Shown here: one piece after another, positions 8,387-17,765 of the stretch | Layout of the letters: every line of letters begins with the position of its first letter | How positions within the stretch are numbered: the stretch's first letter is position 1 | IMG/VR virus record: IMGVR_UViG_3300042922_000707 | Coordinates: 12,233 to 76,232 of that record | Direction: 5' to 3' (one strand) | DNA from: a virus | Length of the DNA: 64,000 nt | Program-made: the position numbers and the translations under genes | The notes under the pieces: generated by a model | What the model saw: the letters and a program-made list of their open reading frames with translations, nothing else | Database searches by the model: none | What the model was told of the DNA's origin: nothing

Positions 8387-9760
8387 CTAAAATATGTACT
8401 CACTTGTCTGTATTACTTTGTTTTCTTTCTTATCCTTGGAACCTCGCTTTGCCTGTGGTTGCTCGTCTTCCTCCTCTTCCGGTCTGTCGAAAAGATTTAT
8501 AAAGCCCCTATCTATGTCCCACACAAATTCCTGCTTTCCACCAATGCCGTATCTATTCTTCGGAACATTTATCATAACTATGTTTCCTTTTCTTGCAAAT
8601 GTAACAACACGGGTGGCATCCTCACCTGCACTGTTACTCTCCATGAACTGGTGAGTCTCTGGTGCATCTATCTGGTCACTGCCATTCTTTTTGTTCTTGT
8701 CCCTACCCTTTGCCCAGTCTCTTCCTATCTGACCCGTAACTAATATAGGTATTCTCTTTTTGCTGGACAGTCTGTAAAAGTTTCTAGTAAGGAATATATA
8801 CCTCTCTCTTATTGTTCCAAACTTCTTAACTGTACCTATTAAGGAAAGTTGGTCAATGCCAACAATATCTGGCTTAATAATATCAATTAAATTCTCAATG
8901 TCCTCAAAAGTACATTGAGCGTTGTCCTCATTTGTGTAAACCATAAAATCTGGATTGTCTTCATCCTTAAGCTCTTCAAGATACTTAATATAGTCGTCCT
9001 TTGATAAATCAATTGGTACTATTCTACCCCCAACACTTTTATCAACTTTTCCGAGCTCTGTATTACCTTTCATAAGCCCAAGGTTACTAAAATTTCCATT
9101 CCATGTATCAAAACGGAAACCCACAAGGACTTTGCCCATCTCTCTACTTATTAAAAGTACTTTCTTTTTTGACCTACCCCATGCCGCCCACAAAAGGAAT
9201 AAAAGCAGCCATGACTTACCTTCACCAAGGTAACCACCAAGCATTACAAAGTCTTCTTCTTGCCAACCGTTAGTCAGGTCATCCAACCATTCCAAACCAG
9301 TGGGTATCCCTGTCAGACCCTTCATTTCCATTCTTTTCAAATAGTCATCTTTTCTAACATCTGTGTCTTTCGCTAAATTGTGACCCACATGCCTAAAGTC
9401 AAGCGTTTCTGCAATTTCCCTTAGTTGTGCCCTTAGGAAGTCAACGGCGTCAAAACTATCCTCTCTTAGCTTTTCGTCACCTTCTTTAAGTATTGGAACT
9501 ATTTTATTATAGACATACTGCTCTCGTAGTGAATTTACTAAATATTCCTCCGACTCACCTACCTTAAACACCTCAAAATCAGGGTATTTTGCAAGGAACG
9601 TGTGTATATCAGGAACCTGTCCTACTTTTCTCCAATGCGTATGTATAAATTCAAATTCTTCTTTACAAAATTCAAAATAAGTTTCATTTATTTTGTTTCT
9701 CTGTATTATACCAATATCTTTCTGCTCCAAAATGTGATTAATTATTTGATACTCTACCAA
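8387..9760 (-). CDS. DnaB-like replicative helicase
   Basis: GIPTG..LD, Walker A GYLGEGKS, ISREM, Walker B IVGIDQL, KNRYG; start moved to TTG at 9760 (AGGGAGGT RBS). Confidence 0.92.
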   Translation of the reverse strand: MVEYQIINHILEQKDIGIIQRNKINETYFEFCKEEFEFIHTHWRKVGQVPDIHTFLAKYPDFEVFKVGESEEYLVNSLREQYVYNKIVPILKEGDEKLREDSFDAVDFLRAQLREIAETLDFRHVGHNLAKDTDVRKDDYLKRMEMKGLTGIPTGLEWLDDLTNGWQEEDFVMLGGYLGEGKSWLLLFLLWAAWGRSKKKVLLISREMGKVLVGFRFDTWNGNFSNLGLMKGNTELGKVDKSVGGRIVPIDLSKDDYIKYLEELKDEDNPDFMVYTNEDNAQCTFEDIENLIDIIKPDIVGIDQLSLIGTVKKFGTIRERYIFLTRNFYRLSSKKRIPILVTGQIGRDWAKGRDKNKKNGSDQIDAPETHQFMESNSAGEDATRVVTFARKGNIVMINVPKNRYGIGGKQEFVWDIDRGFINLFDRPEEEEDEQPQAKRGSKDKKENKVIQTSEYIF

Positions 9761-9782
9761 GTCAATGACCTCCCTACAATAT

Positions 9783-9812
9783 AGTATAAACGAACTCAAC
9801 TACTTTTGTATT
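9783..9812 (-). promoter_or_regulatory. 18-bp-spacer class promoter (helicase-primase)
   Basis: AATACA-N18-TATACT, GA at spacer positions 10-11. Confidence 0.65.
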
Positions 9813-9861
9813 ATGCAAAATATACTGTACCTTTGCATTGTGTTTAATGCTACTGGTACGC

Positions 9862-9914
9862 CTTTAATTCTGCCCATGTAATACCATTTCGTGTTACAGG
9901 TATAAAGTTACAAC
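9862..9914 (-). repeat. Variant copy of the bipartite intergenic element
   Basis: GGCAGAATTAAAG half plus a pseudo-palindromic GTTGTAACTTTATAC half about 40 bp upstream. Confidence 0.55.
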
Positions 9915-9930
9915 CCCAATTTACAGCCCG

Positions 9931-10650
9931 CTAAAAGCTCGAACGTAAGTCGGAGGACCTAACTTCATAGCACTCACACCCATTTACTATTCTGCTGTGC
10001 AACCTACTACCCAACACACCCTGCAATTTCTGTGGCGGTAGGTTACCAGTTAATATAAGTCCCCTGTCATTTGACAATGCAGAGTCTACAATATTAAAAA
10101 GTAAATCTAAGGTAGTTTTAGTCTGACCGTCAAACCCAATGTCATCAATCATTACTAAGTGGCTCTTATAAATGTTGTTATTTATTAATTCCAAAAAGTC
10201 GGACTTGTTTGAAAACCTAGCTTTATAAGTCTCTGCATATTGGCTGAATGGAACAAACAGCACAGGAGTAAATTCATTCTCAACGTACTCCATTATCCTA
10301 TACTCATTAATCATCCTTCTAAGGAAGTCGTTTAGCAGTACCAAGCCAAGTGAAGTTTTGCCCGAACCTACGTTTCCATATAGGTATATGCCCTTTGTAT
10401 AGTTAGCGTCGGATGTCAATCTCTTTATGTGCTCTACACCAAGGTCCACATCCTCCCTCACAATTTTGGATAAATCCTCTGGAACCCAATCCCTATACTT
10501 CTTAGGGACATTGTTTATTCCATAAATGTACTCTGTTTTATAGTAAACAGCACAGCCATCGTTGCACTGCCCTCTTCTGCACGTTCTGGAAACAGTGCAT
10601 TTATTCCTATCAAATACAAAGTCCTGTTCATCAAAACTCGTAAACTTCAT
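9931..10650 (-). CDS. DnaC/IstB-like helicase loader ATPase
   Basis: GIYLYGNVGSGKT, VMIDDIG, LTGN, RLHSRI. Confidence 0.88.
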   Translation of the reverse strand: MKFTSFDEQDFVFDRNKCTVSRTCRRGQCNDGCAVYYKTEYIYGINNVPKKYRDWVPEDLSKIVREDVDLGVEHIKRLTSDANYTKGIYLYGNVGSGKTSLGLVLLNDFLRRMINEYRIMEYVENEFTPVLFVPFSQYAETYKARFSNKSDFLELINNNIYKSHLVMIDDIGFDGQTKTTLDLLFNIVDSALSNDRGLILTGNLPPQKLQGVLGSRLHSRIVNGCECYEVRSSDLRSSF

Positions 10651-12263
10651 TATACCAAGCCTCCTATCCTTATATCTGTCCCGATACCATACACTTTCTC
10701 ATGTATAGCCTTTTGTATTTCATCGTATTCCTCATTTGCAGGTATCATAACATTTTCTACATAGTCCTCTAAATACATAAAGTCCTGTGAAGATATTTTA
10801 TCCTTAACCTCATCTGTAAGATATCCATTAACAAACCACCTACTTATGTACCTACCAAAACTTGGTATATCGTCATCCTCAAAGTAGTCATTTGGAACCC
10901 ATTTGATACGCCTCATATAATTTCTATCTTCTTTTCCATCAATAAGCCCGTACTTCTTTAGCCACTTGGGTTTCTCATGTTTCCACAACTCCATCAACTC
11001 AGGGAGCTTATCTCTATAGTCACTATCTTCTTTGTATACAACACTGCCTGACCCTGCCACAGTAGGAACTCCTGAATACTCGGACAAGTTTATTATCTGT
11101 TTTAAAATACTACCCTTATTATTTAATAGTAAATGAGCATAGATTGGATTTGGATAGCTTTCTAAGTCTAGTCCCTTTATCTTACCTTCACGGTAAGTCT
11201 CTAAAAATACATCAACCACCTTTGCCAGCTGTTCCATTGTTAATCCATAGGAACCATTCTGCTCATACAGTAGTTTAAATGTTCTGAAACTCCTTTCGCT
11301 TACCTTACATGCGGTGCCATAAATTTCCTTTAGTCGATGCTCATAGTATAAACATAACTCATCCACATTGAAATTCTTAAATTCCTTTTTACTTAATTTA
11401 TCTAAAAACTCTTGAGAAATTTTATCCTTCTTTTCTTGATGCTCTTTTTTCTTTTTCTGCTCTTTTAAACTTTTGGCTTCCTTATAGGACAAAGGTTTAT
11501 CAAAGTCCTCTTTTTTGATGTCTGTATTTAGAAGGTGAGTAAAAAATGATTTAGACTGAAAATGCGTAGCATTATTATTTTTTATATTTGTATTTTTTAT
11601 ATTTGTATGTTTCTGTGTGCGAGTTTCCGCATACGGTGGTGTGCGAGTTTCCGCACACGGGGGTGTGCAATTTCCCGTAACTTCCTTATTTCCTAAGTAC
11701 TCATCCAGCTCTTCCTTATCCTCAATACCACGTAAGCTATCAAAATACTCAATAAATTCATTTCTTTCTTTTAGCATTTCTTCATAATCTATCTCACTGT
11801 CTATGCCATTGTACCGCATAATTTCTTCTTTAGATAAACATTTCCATAAATCAAGGAAGTATAAAGTAGCCTCATTTATATGTAGGTCAAAGAATTTATT
11901 TATGTATTCTATGCTGTCATAGTAATCAATAATGCTCCTGTTTGAAATTCTGTAGATGTACCCCTTTTCCTCAATTCCTAATATCTTATCAAAAACCTGT
12001 CTTCTAGATATACCTAAATCACTTGCTATAGTTTCAACCCTTGGAAAAACAAAACCCTTGTAGCCAACTCCAGAATTTTTAAAATTGTATGATATCAAAT
12101 AAGCTATAACAAGCCTTTCATCTAATTTAAGTGCCTGGTCGGTCAATAGACTATTGGGTATAACTGTAACTCCATCACATCTTCCCATAAAATTATGGTT
12201 TATCCAATACCCCTTGACACTTGCTTTAAGCGACAATTCTGCGGTATTTTTGAAGTAGTTCAT
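10650..12263 (-). CDS. Phage replication initiator (N-terminal wHTH, lambda O-like architecture)
   Basis: FPRVETIASDLGISRRQV...EEKGYI HTH; internal iterons; adjacent to loader; start moved to MNYF (AAGGAGG RBS). Confidence 0.78.
   Translation of the reverse strand: MNYFKNTAELSLKASVKGYWINHNFMGRCDGVTVIPNSLLTDQALKLDERLVIAYLISYNFKNSGVGYKGFVFPRVETIASDLGISRRQVFDKILGIEEKGYIYRISNRSIIDYYDSIEYINKFFDLHINEATLYFLDLWKCLSKEEIMRYNGIDSEIDYEEMLKERNEFIEYFDSLRGIEDKEELDEYLGNKEVTGNCTPPCAETRTPPYAETRTQKHTNIKNTNIKNNNATHFQSKSFFTHLLNTDIKKEDFDKPLSYKEAKSLKEQKKKKEHQEKKDKISQEFLDKLSKKEFKNFNVDELCLYYEHRLKEIYGTACKVSERSFRTFKLLYEQNGSYGLTMEQLAKVVDVFLETYREGKIKGLDLESYPNPIYAHLLLNNKGSILKQIINLSEYSGVPTVAGSGSVVYKEDSDYRDKLPELMELWKHEKPKWLKKYGLIDGKEDRNYMRRIKWVPNDYFEDDDIPSFGRYISRWFVNGYLTDEVKDKISSQDFMYLEDYVENVMIPANEEYDEIQKAIHEKVYGIGTDIRIGGLV
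11571..11677. other. Putative phage replication origin (iterons plus AT-rich tract) inside the initiator gene
   Basis: 24-bp period repeats GTGTGCGAGTTTCCGCAYACGGKG at 11615 and 11639, partial at 11663; adjacent AT-rich TTTTTATATTTGTAT x2. Confidence 0.7.
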
Positions 12264-12780
12264 ATGCCTCCTCCTTATCCTTTGCGTCAATTATTATACT
12301 AAGTTGTGTATTGGATAATTCAGTTATTAGTACCGGGTAATCAAAATATGCGTGGGATAATGTTATGCCCTGTAACTCCTTAACCATACTAAAGAAGTCC
12401 CTCCAGTTGCCCATATAATTATCACACACCTTTAGCCAATCAAGTTCATAGAAGTCAAAGTAATGAGCAATTCCCATCAAGTAGCAGTACAACTTCAATT
12501 GCTCTGAACTAAGTTTCATTGCCAGTTCTATGGGAAGGTGTAACAAATTGCCCTTAGTGAACTCTTCACATTCTAAAAATGACTTGTAGTTTTCTGGCTC
12601 TGGTAACTCTCTTTTGCCAAAATTTAAGTGCATTGGACTACAGAAATCCACTATATGTATGTCTATTTTTATAAACTTTTTTGTCCTGTCATATATCATC
12701 TCTTGTTCCAATTTGGATATTTTTCTAAGTATGTGGTGAGACAATTCCGTACCATATAACTCAATGCCATCTAACTTCAT
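12226..12780 (-). CDS. Hypothetical protein
   Basis: AAGGAGG RBS; directly upstream of the initiator. Confidence 0.7.
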   Translation of the reverse strand: MKLDGIELYGTELSHHILRKISKLEQEMIYDRTKKFIKIDIHIVDFCSPMHLNFGKRELPEPENYKSFLECEEFTKGNLLHLPIELAMKLSSEQLKLYCYLMGIAHYFDFYELDWLKVCDNYMGNWRDFFSMVKELQGITLSHAYFDYPVLITELSNTQLSIIIDAKDKEEAYELLQKYRRIVA

Positions 12781-12826
12781 ATTATCCTCCTTTGCATGAT
12801 AAAAATTAGCTGTAAATCAGCTAATT

Positions 12827-13027
12827 TTAGTCTTTGGCATATTCCATTATAACTCTTTCCACTTCCCTACTACATGCATTCCATCCCTGTTCCCAAACCT
12901 TGTCAATTTCCTCTTTTGTTTCATCACCTGTTAATACTAATTCCACCTCTGCAGATGGCTTTATGTACTGTGTTCCAATTTGAGCTGTAATGCCCAAACC
13001 AACCTTAATTCTTCTTAAGCTAGCCAT
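12827..13027 (-). CDS. Hypothetical protein
   Basis: AGGAGGT RBS before MASLRR. Confidence 0.7.
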   Translation of the reverse strand: MASLRRIKVGLGITAQIGTQYIKPSAEVELVLTGDETKEEIDKVWEQGWNACSREVERVIMEYAKD

Positions 13028-13062
13028 GTCTAACACCTCCTAAACAAATTATTTTGTATTGC

Positions 13063-13092
13063 AGTATAAAGCCAATCTACCCTTAATGTAAA
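13063..13092 (-). promoter_or_regulatory. 18-bp-spacer class promoter (initiator operon)
   Basis: TTTACA-N18-TATACT, GA at spacer positions 10-11. Confidence 0.8.
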
Positions 13093-13113
13093 GCGAATTC
13101 CTTCCACTCAGGC

Positions 13114-13156
13114 AAAAATAAATACCGCTATAGGTCGCCAACCCTTAACGGCATTT
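13114..13156 (-). terminator. Intrinsic terminator
   Basis: AAATGCCGTTA/TAGCGGTATTT stem (with GU pairs) followed by ATTTTT. Confidence 0.6.
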
Positions 13157-13180
13157 AATGGGGGTATATTAAAATGTATG

Positions 13181-13828
13181 CTATTTTTCTGACTTAGGCC
13201 CACTCTTCGGCTTTTTCATCATCAATGCATAAGTTATATTAACTATTGTCGCATCTGCAATGTCGGACATTGTAAGTGAGCCTAACGATACAGCTTCCTT
13301 AACAGCGTCCTCATTTGGTATTTCTTTTACCTCAATGCACTTCTTAACGGAATTCCATAAATCATATTTATCTGAGGCTGGAATTGGAGTTGCACTTGAA
13401 AATGCGTCAAGTGCCTGCTCTTCTGTAAAATTGAAATGTTCCATAAGGTATTCTCTTGCTGTCTGCAAATCTGAAAATACTTCTCCGTTCATTTCCACAC
13501 GTACAAGCTCCTCTGCATTTTTATACATAAGGCTAGTAAGTTGAATACCATTTATTTCCTTTTGCACTTTAAATAAATCCAGCTCGAAATGTCCAAGTCT
13601 GCTCTTTAGAACATTAAGTAGCTTTTCCGAGTCAATCTTACTTCTGTCCTGTGCAACTAACTCTAAATCCTTTCCCTCATGGGTTACTTTCTTCATTGCT
13701 TTTTCCTGCATGTAGGGCTTTATTTCGGATTTTATTGTTTCCAGTTCCTTTGTATACTTGTCCACAATTGCGTGAATTTCTGCATACCGCTTTACTTTCT
13801 CATTAAACTGAATTTCATTTTCTATCAT
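13181..13828 (-). CDS. Coiled-coil protein, possibly Gam/Gp157-like
   Basis: N-terminal coiled coil then short beta segment; family assignment weak. Confidence 0.4.
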   Translation of the reverse strand: MIENEIQFNEKVKRYAEIHAIVDKYTKELETIKSEIKPYMQEKAMKKVTHEGKDLELVAQDRSKIDSEKLLNVLKSRLGHFELDLFKVQKEINGIQLTSLMYKNAEELVRVEMNGEVFSDLQTAREYLMEHFNFTEEQALDAFSSATPIPASDKYDLWNSVKKCIEVKEIPNEDAVKEAVSLGSLTMSDIADATIVNITYALMMKKPKSGPKSEK

Positions 13829-13856
13829 TTAATACTGCCTCCTTGTTGTTTAGTAC

Positions 13857-13886
13857 ATTATAAAACAACTCAAGGGTTATTGTAAA
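13857..13886 (-). promoter_or_regulatory. 18-bp-spacer class promoter
   Basis: TTTACA-N18-TATAAT, GA at spacer positions 10-11. Confidence 0.8.
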
Positions 13887-13896
13887 CGGAAGTAAC

Positions 13897-14205
13897 TTAA
13901 TCGGGTTGGTTTTTATAATTAGGTAAATGTTTACCTCTGTCACCCCACTCAGCTCGATTAAAGTATGCAAGTTCTCCGTATTTGTCTTTATCCTTATACT
14001 TCTCTATTTCTTCTATTTGAGCGTCATTCCAATATCTTATACCACGTGTCCCGGGTCTATAAGATTTCGGTATGGGCCTTTGTTGCCCTTCTTCCTCCAG
14101 CTTGTCTCCGAATTTATCCCAATTTCGTAAAGTGTTGGGATGAACATCAACAATCTTAGCGACTTCACTAATTTTTCTGTAGGGCATGCCCTTTATATAT
14201 ATCAT
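13897..14205 (-). CDS. MerR-family HTH DNA-binding protein
   Basis: ISEVAKIVDVHPNTLRNWD...R.GTRGIRYW; no effector domain. Confidence 0.85.
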   Translation of the reverse strand: MIYIKGMPYRKISEVAKIVDVHPNTLRNWDKFGDKLEEEGQQRPIPKSYRPGTRGIRYWNDAQIEEIEKYKDKDKYGELAYFNRAEWGDRGKHLPNYKNQPD

Positions 14206-14259
14206 GTTATACACCTCCTGTCCAGTGATATTGATTTGTTGTGGCTACACTACAATACT

Positions 14260-14288
14260 ATTATACAATATTTCTATACTAATGTAAA
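14260..14288 (-). promoter_or_regulatory. SigA-like promoter for the merR-like gene (17-bp spacer)
   Basis: TTTACA-N17-TATAAT. Confidence 0.7.
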
Positions 14289-14301
14289 GTTTTATTTATT
14301 T

Positions 14302-16029
14302 TTAAATGGCGTCCAATATGTCCTTAATTTCGTTTGGTGTAATTGCCCGCTTGCCTGTTATTATTTCATCAAAAATCTGCTGTTTACGTGATAGAACTTC
14401 ATTGACTATATACTCATCTATGGAGCCCCTACACAAGAGTCGAATAATTGTTACATTATTCTTTTGTCCTATACGATAGGCTCTATCCTCTGCCTGTGCT
14501 ATGTAGGCGGGTGCCCATTCCAGGTCCATAAATATTACATAGGTAGCCACAGTTAAATTCAATCCCTCTCTGCATGACTGGGAAGTACCAATAAATACTT
14601 TACAGCTATCATCATCTTGAAATTTGTCTGCCTGCTTTTTCCTGTCCTGTGGAGCAACTACTCCTGTGACATACGCAGGATTGTATTCGGCAAGCAGTAA
14701 CTTCAGTCTTTGTGTCTCTTCCTCAAATTGACTGAATACAATTGCCTTCTCACCATTTTTTACTATATCTGAAATAATGTCAATTAGTTCCTCATGTTTT
14801 ACACTTGGAGCATCACTACCTATTAATTCCGGGTTAGTTGTAACTTGCTTTAGTCTTAGCAGTTTTACCATGGGATTGGAAAGCCCTCTACCTATACCCA
14901 ATTCTGAAAGCTCTTGTTTTATCCGGTCTCTTACCGCCTTGTAAATCTGTGTCTGTTTACCACCCATCTCGACATAAACATTCTTATAATTCTTTTCCGG
15001 CATGTCCATAACTTCCGACTTTGTTCTTCTAAGCATATTGGACCTAACTATCTTACCCAACTCATCCAATTTTCTAGTACCCGTTATCTCTCTTCCAAAT
15101 CTACCCTTAACTGACTCATAATAGGACCACTTGAAGTGGTGAAATTCCCTACTCTCAACACCAATAAAAGTTAAAGGTGTCCAGGCCTCTTCATGGTTAT
15201 TTATAATGTAGGTACCCGACATGACTACCTTAAATGGTATATCCCGCAACTGACTCAATGCTCCCCAAACAGCCCCACTCGGGTTTTTCATTTTGTGGCT
15301 TTCATCTATTGCTATACCATCTATTGGTATTAGTTCAAGTTGCTGAATATGGTTTTTGACCTGCTCATAACCCATAATAAAATATACAAGCTCTTTGCAT
15401 GTATATACATTTCTTAATTGCTCCAACCGCTTTTTGCTGTCACCCTCTATGGTTATTACTTTTGCATTGGGTAACCAGAATTTAATTTCATCCCTTACAT
15501 TATACTTTAAGCCAGCTTTAGTTACATACAAAACCTTGCTAAACCCATCTCCATATTTTTTCCTTCTCCACTCACAGCCACTGATAAACTCCAACGTTTT
15601 CCCGAGTCCCATGTCATCCCCAAGTAGGAAGGAATTTCTATTCATCATATAGTGAAACGCTTCTATTTGGTGACCATAGGGTTTTAATTGAATGTCACCT
15701 TTGAAGGGCATTTCGATTGGGTATTCCTCGACACATTCCAAATTTGTGTAGTACTCTCTTTTTGTCATGTCCCTCTTCATCTTCATTAATTTAAGTTCCG
15801 GTATGTCCCCAATAATTTCAATCTGCTCAAAGGTTCTCAGCACTTTGGTTATGTCCAATAACGGTACTTCTATCTCACCGGAGGAAAGATTTTTCCACTT
15901 TCTAGGTAGCTCCTGTACCTTGTCCTTATAGTACTTACTATCAGGAACTTTTAGAAACAGACTGTACTCACAGATATGTTTCATATCCACTGCATCTCTC
16001 TTTTCCATGGATACATTCATTATCATCAT
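14302..16029 (-). CDS. SNF2-family helicase/translocase
   Basis: LGDDMGLGKT, AIDESH, SGT, MLRRTK, IVFSQF, EGLNLT, QAEDRAYRIGQ. Confidence 0.93.
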   Translation of the reverse strand: MMIMNVSMEKRDAVDMKHICEYSLFLKVPDSKYYKDKVQELPRKWKNLSSGEIEVPLLDITKVLRTFEQIEIIGDIPELKLMKMKRDMTKREYYTNLECVEEYPIEMPFKGDIQLKPYGHQIEAFHYMMNRNSFLLGDDMGLGKTLEFISGCEWRRKKYGDGFSKVLYVTKAGLKYNVRDEIKFWLPNAKVITIEGDSKKRLEQLRNVYTCKELVYFIMGYEQVKNHIQQLELIPIDGIAIDESHKMKNPSGAVWGALSQLRDIPFKVVMSGTYIINNHEEAWTPLTFIGVESREFHHFKWSYYESVKGRFGREITGTRKLDELGKIVRSNMLRRTKSEVMDMPEKNYKNVYVEMGGKQTQIYKAVRDRIKQELSELGIGRGLSNPMVKLLRLKQVTTNPELIGSDAPSVKHEELIDIISDIVKNGEKAIVFSQFEEETQRLKLLLAEYNPAYVTGVVAPQDRKKQADKFQDDDSCKVFIGTSQSCREGLNLTVATYVIFMDLEWAPAYIAQAEDRAYRIGQKNNVTIIRLLCRGSIDEYIVNEVLSRKQQIFDEIITGKRAITPNEIKDILDAI

Positions 16030-16045
16030 GCCACCTCCTTTATAC

Positions 16046-16075
16046 AGTATAAAACCTGTCAGCCTAAAGTGTAAA
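16046..16075 (-). promoter_or_regulatory. 18-bp-spacer class promoter (SNF2)
   Basis: TTTACA-N18-TATACT, GA at spacer positions 10-11. Confidence 0.8.
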
Positions 16076-16220
16076 AGGCAAGTTACTTAGTAATTTTACT
16101 ATTAATATATGTAAGGAACCGCTTTGTACACACCTTAATTCTAGCCTAGTGCTACGAAAAACAAGTTTAAATAATTTGCTACACTGCTAAACAGCAGGCC
16201 TTTTTACGCTCCCGTCAAAT

Positions 16221-16261
16221 AAAAAAAAAAAGAATAGAGCCTCACTTCAAAGCTCTATTCT
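16221..16261 (-). terminator. Intrinsic terminator after the endolysin
   Basis: AGAATAGAGC/GCTCTATTCT stem followed by a long T run. Confidence 0.88.
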
Positions 16262-16268
16262 CATTAAC

Positions 16269-16832
16269 CTACTTTTTCAACATCTTGCTGAATAAAGAAC
16301 CCGGGTATGGATGCCCATCGAAAAACTTCATTGTGCCATCATCAAATCCAAATGAGGACTGAACTTTAGCTCTAAGCTCTGCTGTGTGCTTAATTTCCCA
16401 TGCCTCTAATATCTTGAAATATTCCAAAGGGTCTATGGACACATTGTCTGACTTCCTTCTTACTTCAAAATGTAAATGACTACCAGCCGCATTTTGTGGG
16501 TACACATACCCTGTATAACCCTCTACCCCAATTCTAGAATACTTATCCACCTTCTGACCAACTTTCACTGCCCTGCTACCCAAGTGGCAGAAGAGTAGAT
16601 AATACCCATTAAGGTCATCCATTTTAACATAGTTACCCCACTCCCAGGTAGTGCTACCCTTATCCAGTATAATCTGGGAGGACACAATTTTTCCATTTGT
16701 GGGTGCCACTATGTTTTTGTTACCGATGCCCACACAGTCAATCCCTTTGTGGGGCCTTTTGTCCCCATTGGGTAAAATACGTGGACCAAAGTTCGAGGTT
16801 ATTTTATACTCGCCTTCATATAACTTATACAT
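16269..16832 (-). CDS. M23 metallopeptidase endolysin
   Basis: HKGID (HxxxD), WGNYV, FCHL, GSHLHFEV; follows holin-like genes; start moved to MYKLY. Confidence 0.88.
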   Translation of the reverse strand: MYKLYEGEYKITSNFGPRILPNGDKRPHKGIDCVGIGNKNIVAPTNGKIVSSQIILDKGSTTWEWGNYVKMDDLNGYYLLFCHLGSRAVKVGQKVDKYSRIGVEGYTGYVYPQNAAGSHLHFEVRRKSDNVSIDPLEYFKILEAWEIKHTAELRAKVQSSFGFDDGTMKFFDGHPYPGSLFSKMLKK

Positions 16833-17046
16833 CGCTGTCACTTCCCTTATTACTGTCTCTATTGGCGTCGACCATGCCTTCTCCAATAATATAGGCTACC
16901 AATGTTGCACATGCTGAAACTACTGCTACAACTTGCTCTATTGTTAAGTCCGGTACCTTGAACGCTACCATTAAAGCAGTTAAAAATCCAGTTACAGCTA
17001 CCCAAAATTTACGGGATGTCAACTTCTGTTTCCAATTGATTTTCAT
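16825..17046 (-). CDS. Holin
   Basis: INWKQKLTSRKFW plus two TM helices; adjacent to endolysin. Confidence 0.8.
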   Translation of the reverse strand: MKINWKQKLTSRKFWVAVTGFLTALMVAFKVPDLTIEQVVAVVSACATLVAYIIGEGMVDANRDSNKGSDSDV

Positions 17047-17293
17047 TATCCTCACTCCTTCCTATCTTAACTACATTCTCATTCTTTGCCTTCCAATAAT
17101 AAAAACCGGTACTTGCGGCGACTTCCGCAAACAGCCCCGTTATTATGTAGCTTAGTGGTGAAAGGTCACCAGTTCGCCACATTAATACAAATGCAAGGGC
17201 AACAACAATCGTGGTACTAATCCAAACTGTGTACAGAATCTTCTTTGAAAACTCCGTCTTGTACTTAATCTTAGAAATTGGCATTCTATTCAC
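17009..17293 (-). CDS. Two-TM holin-like membrane protein
   Basis: FSKKIL-TM-TM-FYYWKAKNEN; lysis cassette context. Confidence 0.6.
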   Translation of the reverse strand: MNRMPISKIKYKTEFSKKILYTVWISTTIVVALAFVLMWRTGDLSPLSYIITGLFAEVAASTGFYYWKAKNENVVKIGRSEDNENQLETEVDIP

Positions 17294-17307
17294 CTAAACC
17301 ATCCTTT

Positions 17308-17619
17308 CTATTTTGGTGGCTCTGTTGGTAAGTCCAGAATTTCCTCACATAATTTTTCCATAACTCCATTCTGACCTAACCCATGATACTGAGTGTACAT
17401 GTTTCGAATATTCTCTTTGGCGTAAATGGGACAATAACCCTTTTCCATCCAATAGTTATATTCTTTAATAATCTCATTCCTTAGCAAAGCCTGTAGCCCA
17501 AGCTCGACCGCCTCCAGGCGTACAAATTTCTTCTTGACCCATACGACTAGAGCAGTGAAGCAACTTATTACGCCACCAAATAAAGCTTTCACCCAGTACT
17601 CTTTCACCCAATCTTCCAT
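17308..17619 (-). CDS. Single-TM lysis-associated protein
   Basis: N-terminal TM, LLRNEI...YHGLGQNG; start moved to MEDW. Confidence 0.6.
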   Translation of the reverse strand: MEDWVKEYWVKALFGGVISCFTALVVWVKKKFVRLEAVELGLQALLRNEIIKEYNYWMEKGYCPIYAKENIRNMYTQYHGLGQNGVMEKLCEEILDLPTEPPK

Positions 17620-17727
17620 ATACCACTCCCAAAAGTTTATTATTTTAGTTATATAAAGTGAGCCCAGTAGCCTTTTATTGAGGGACCACATGGACTCATT
17701 AACTAACCTGGTTGTAATTATGGACTT

Positions 17728-17756
17728 ATTATAACATTCCCTAGTATAATTGTAAA
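17728..17756 (-). promoter_or_regulatory. SigA-like promoter of the lysis cassette
   Basis: TTTACA-N17-TATAAT with extended TGn. Confidence 0.65.
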
Positions 17757-17765
17757 TAATTACTA

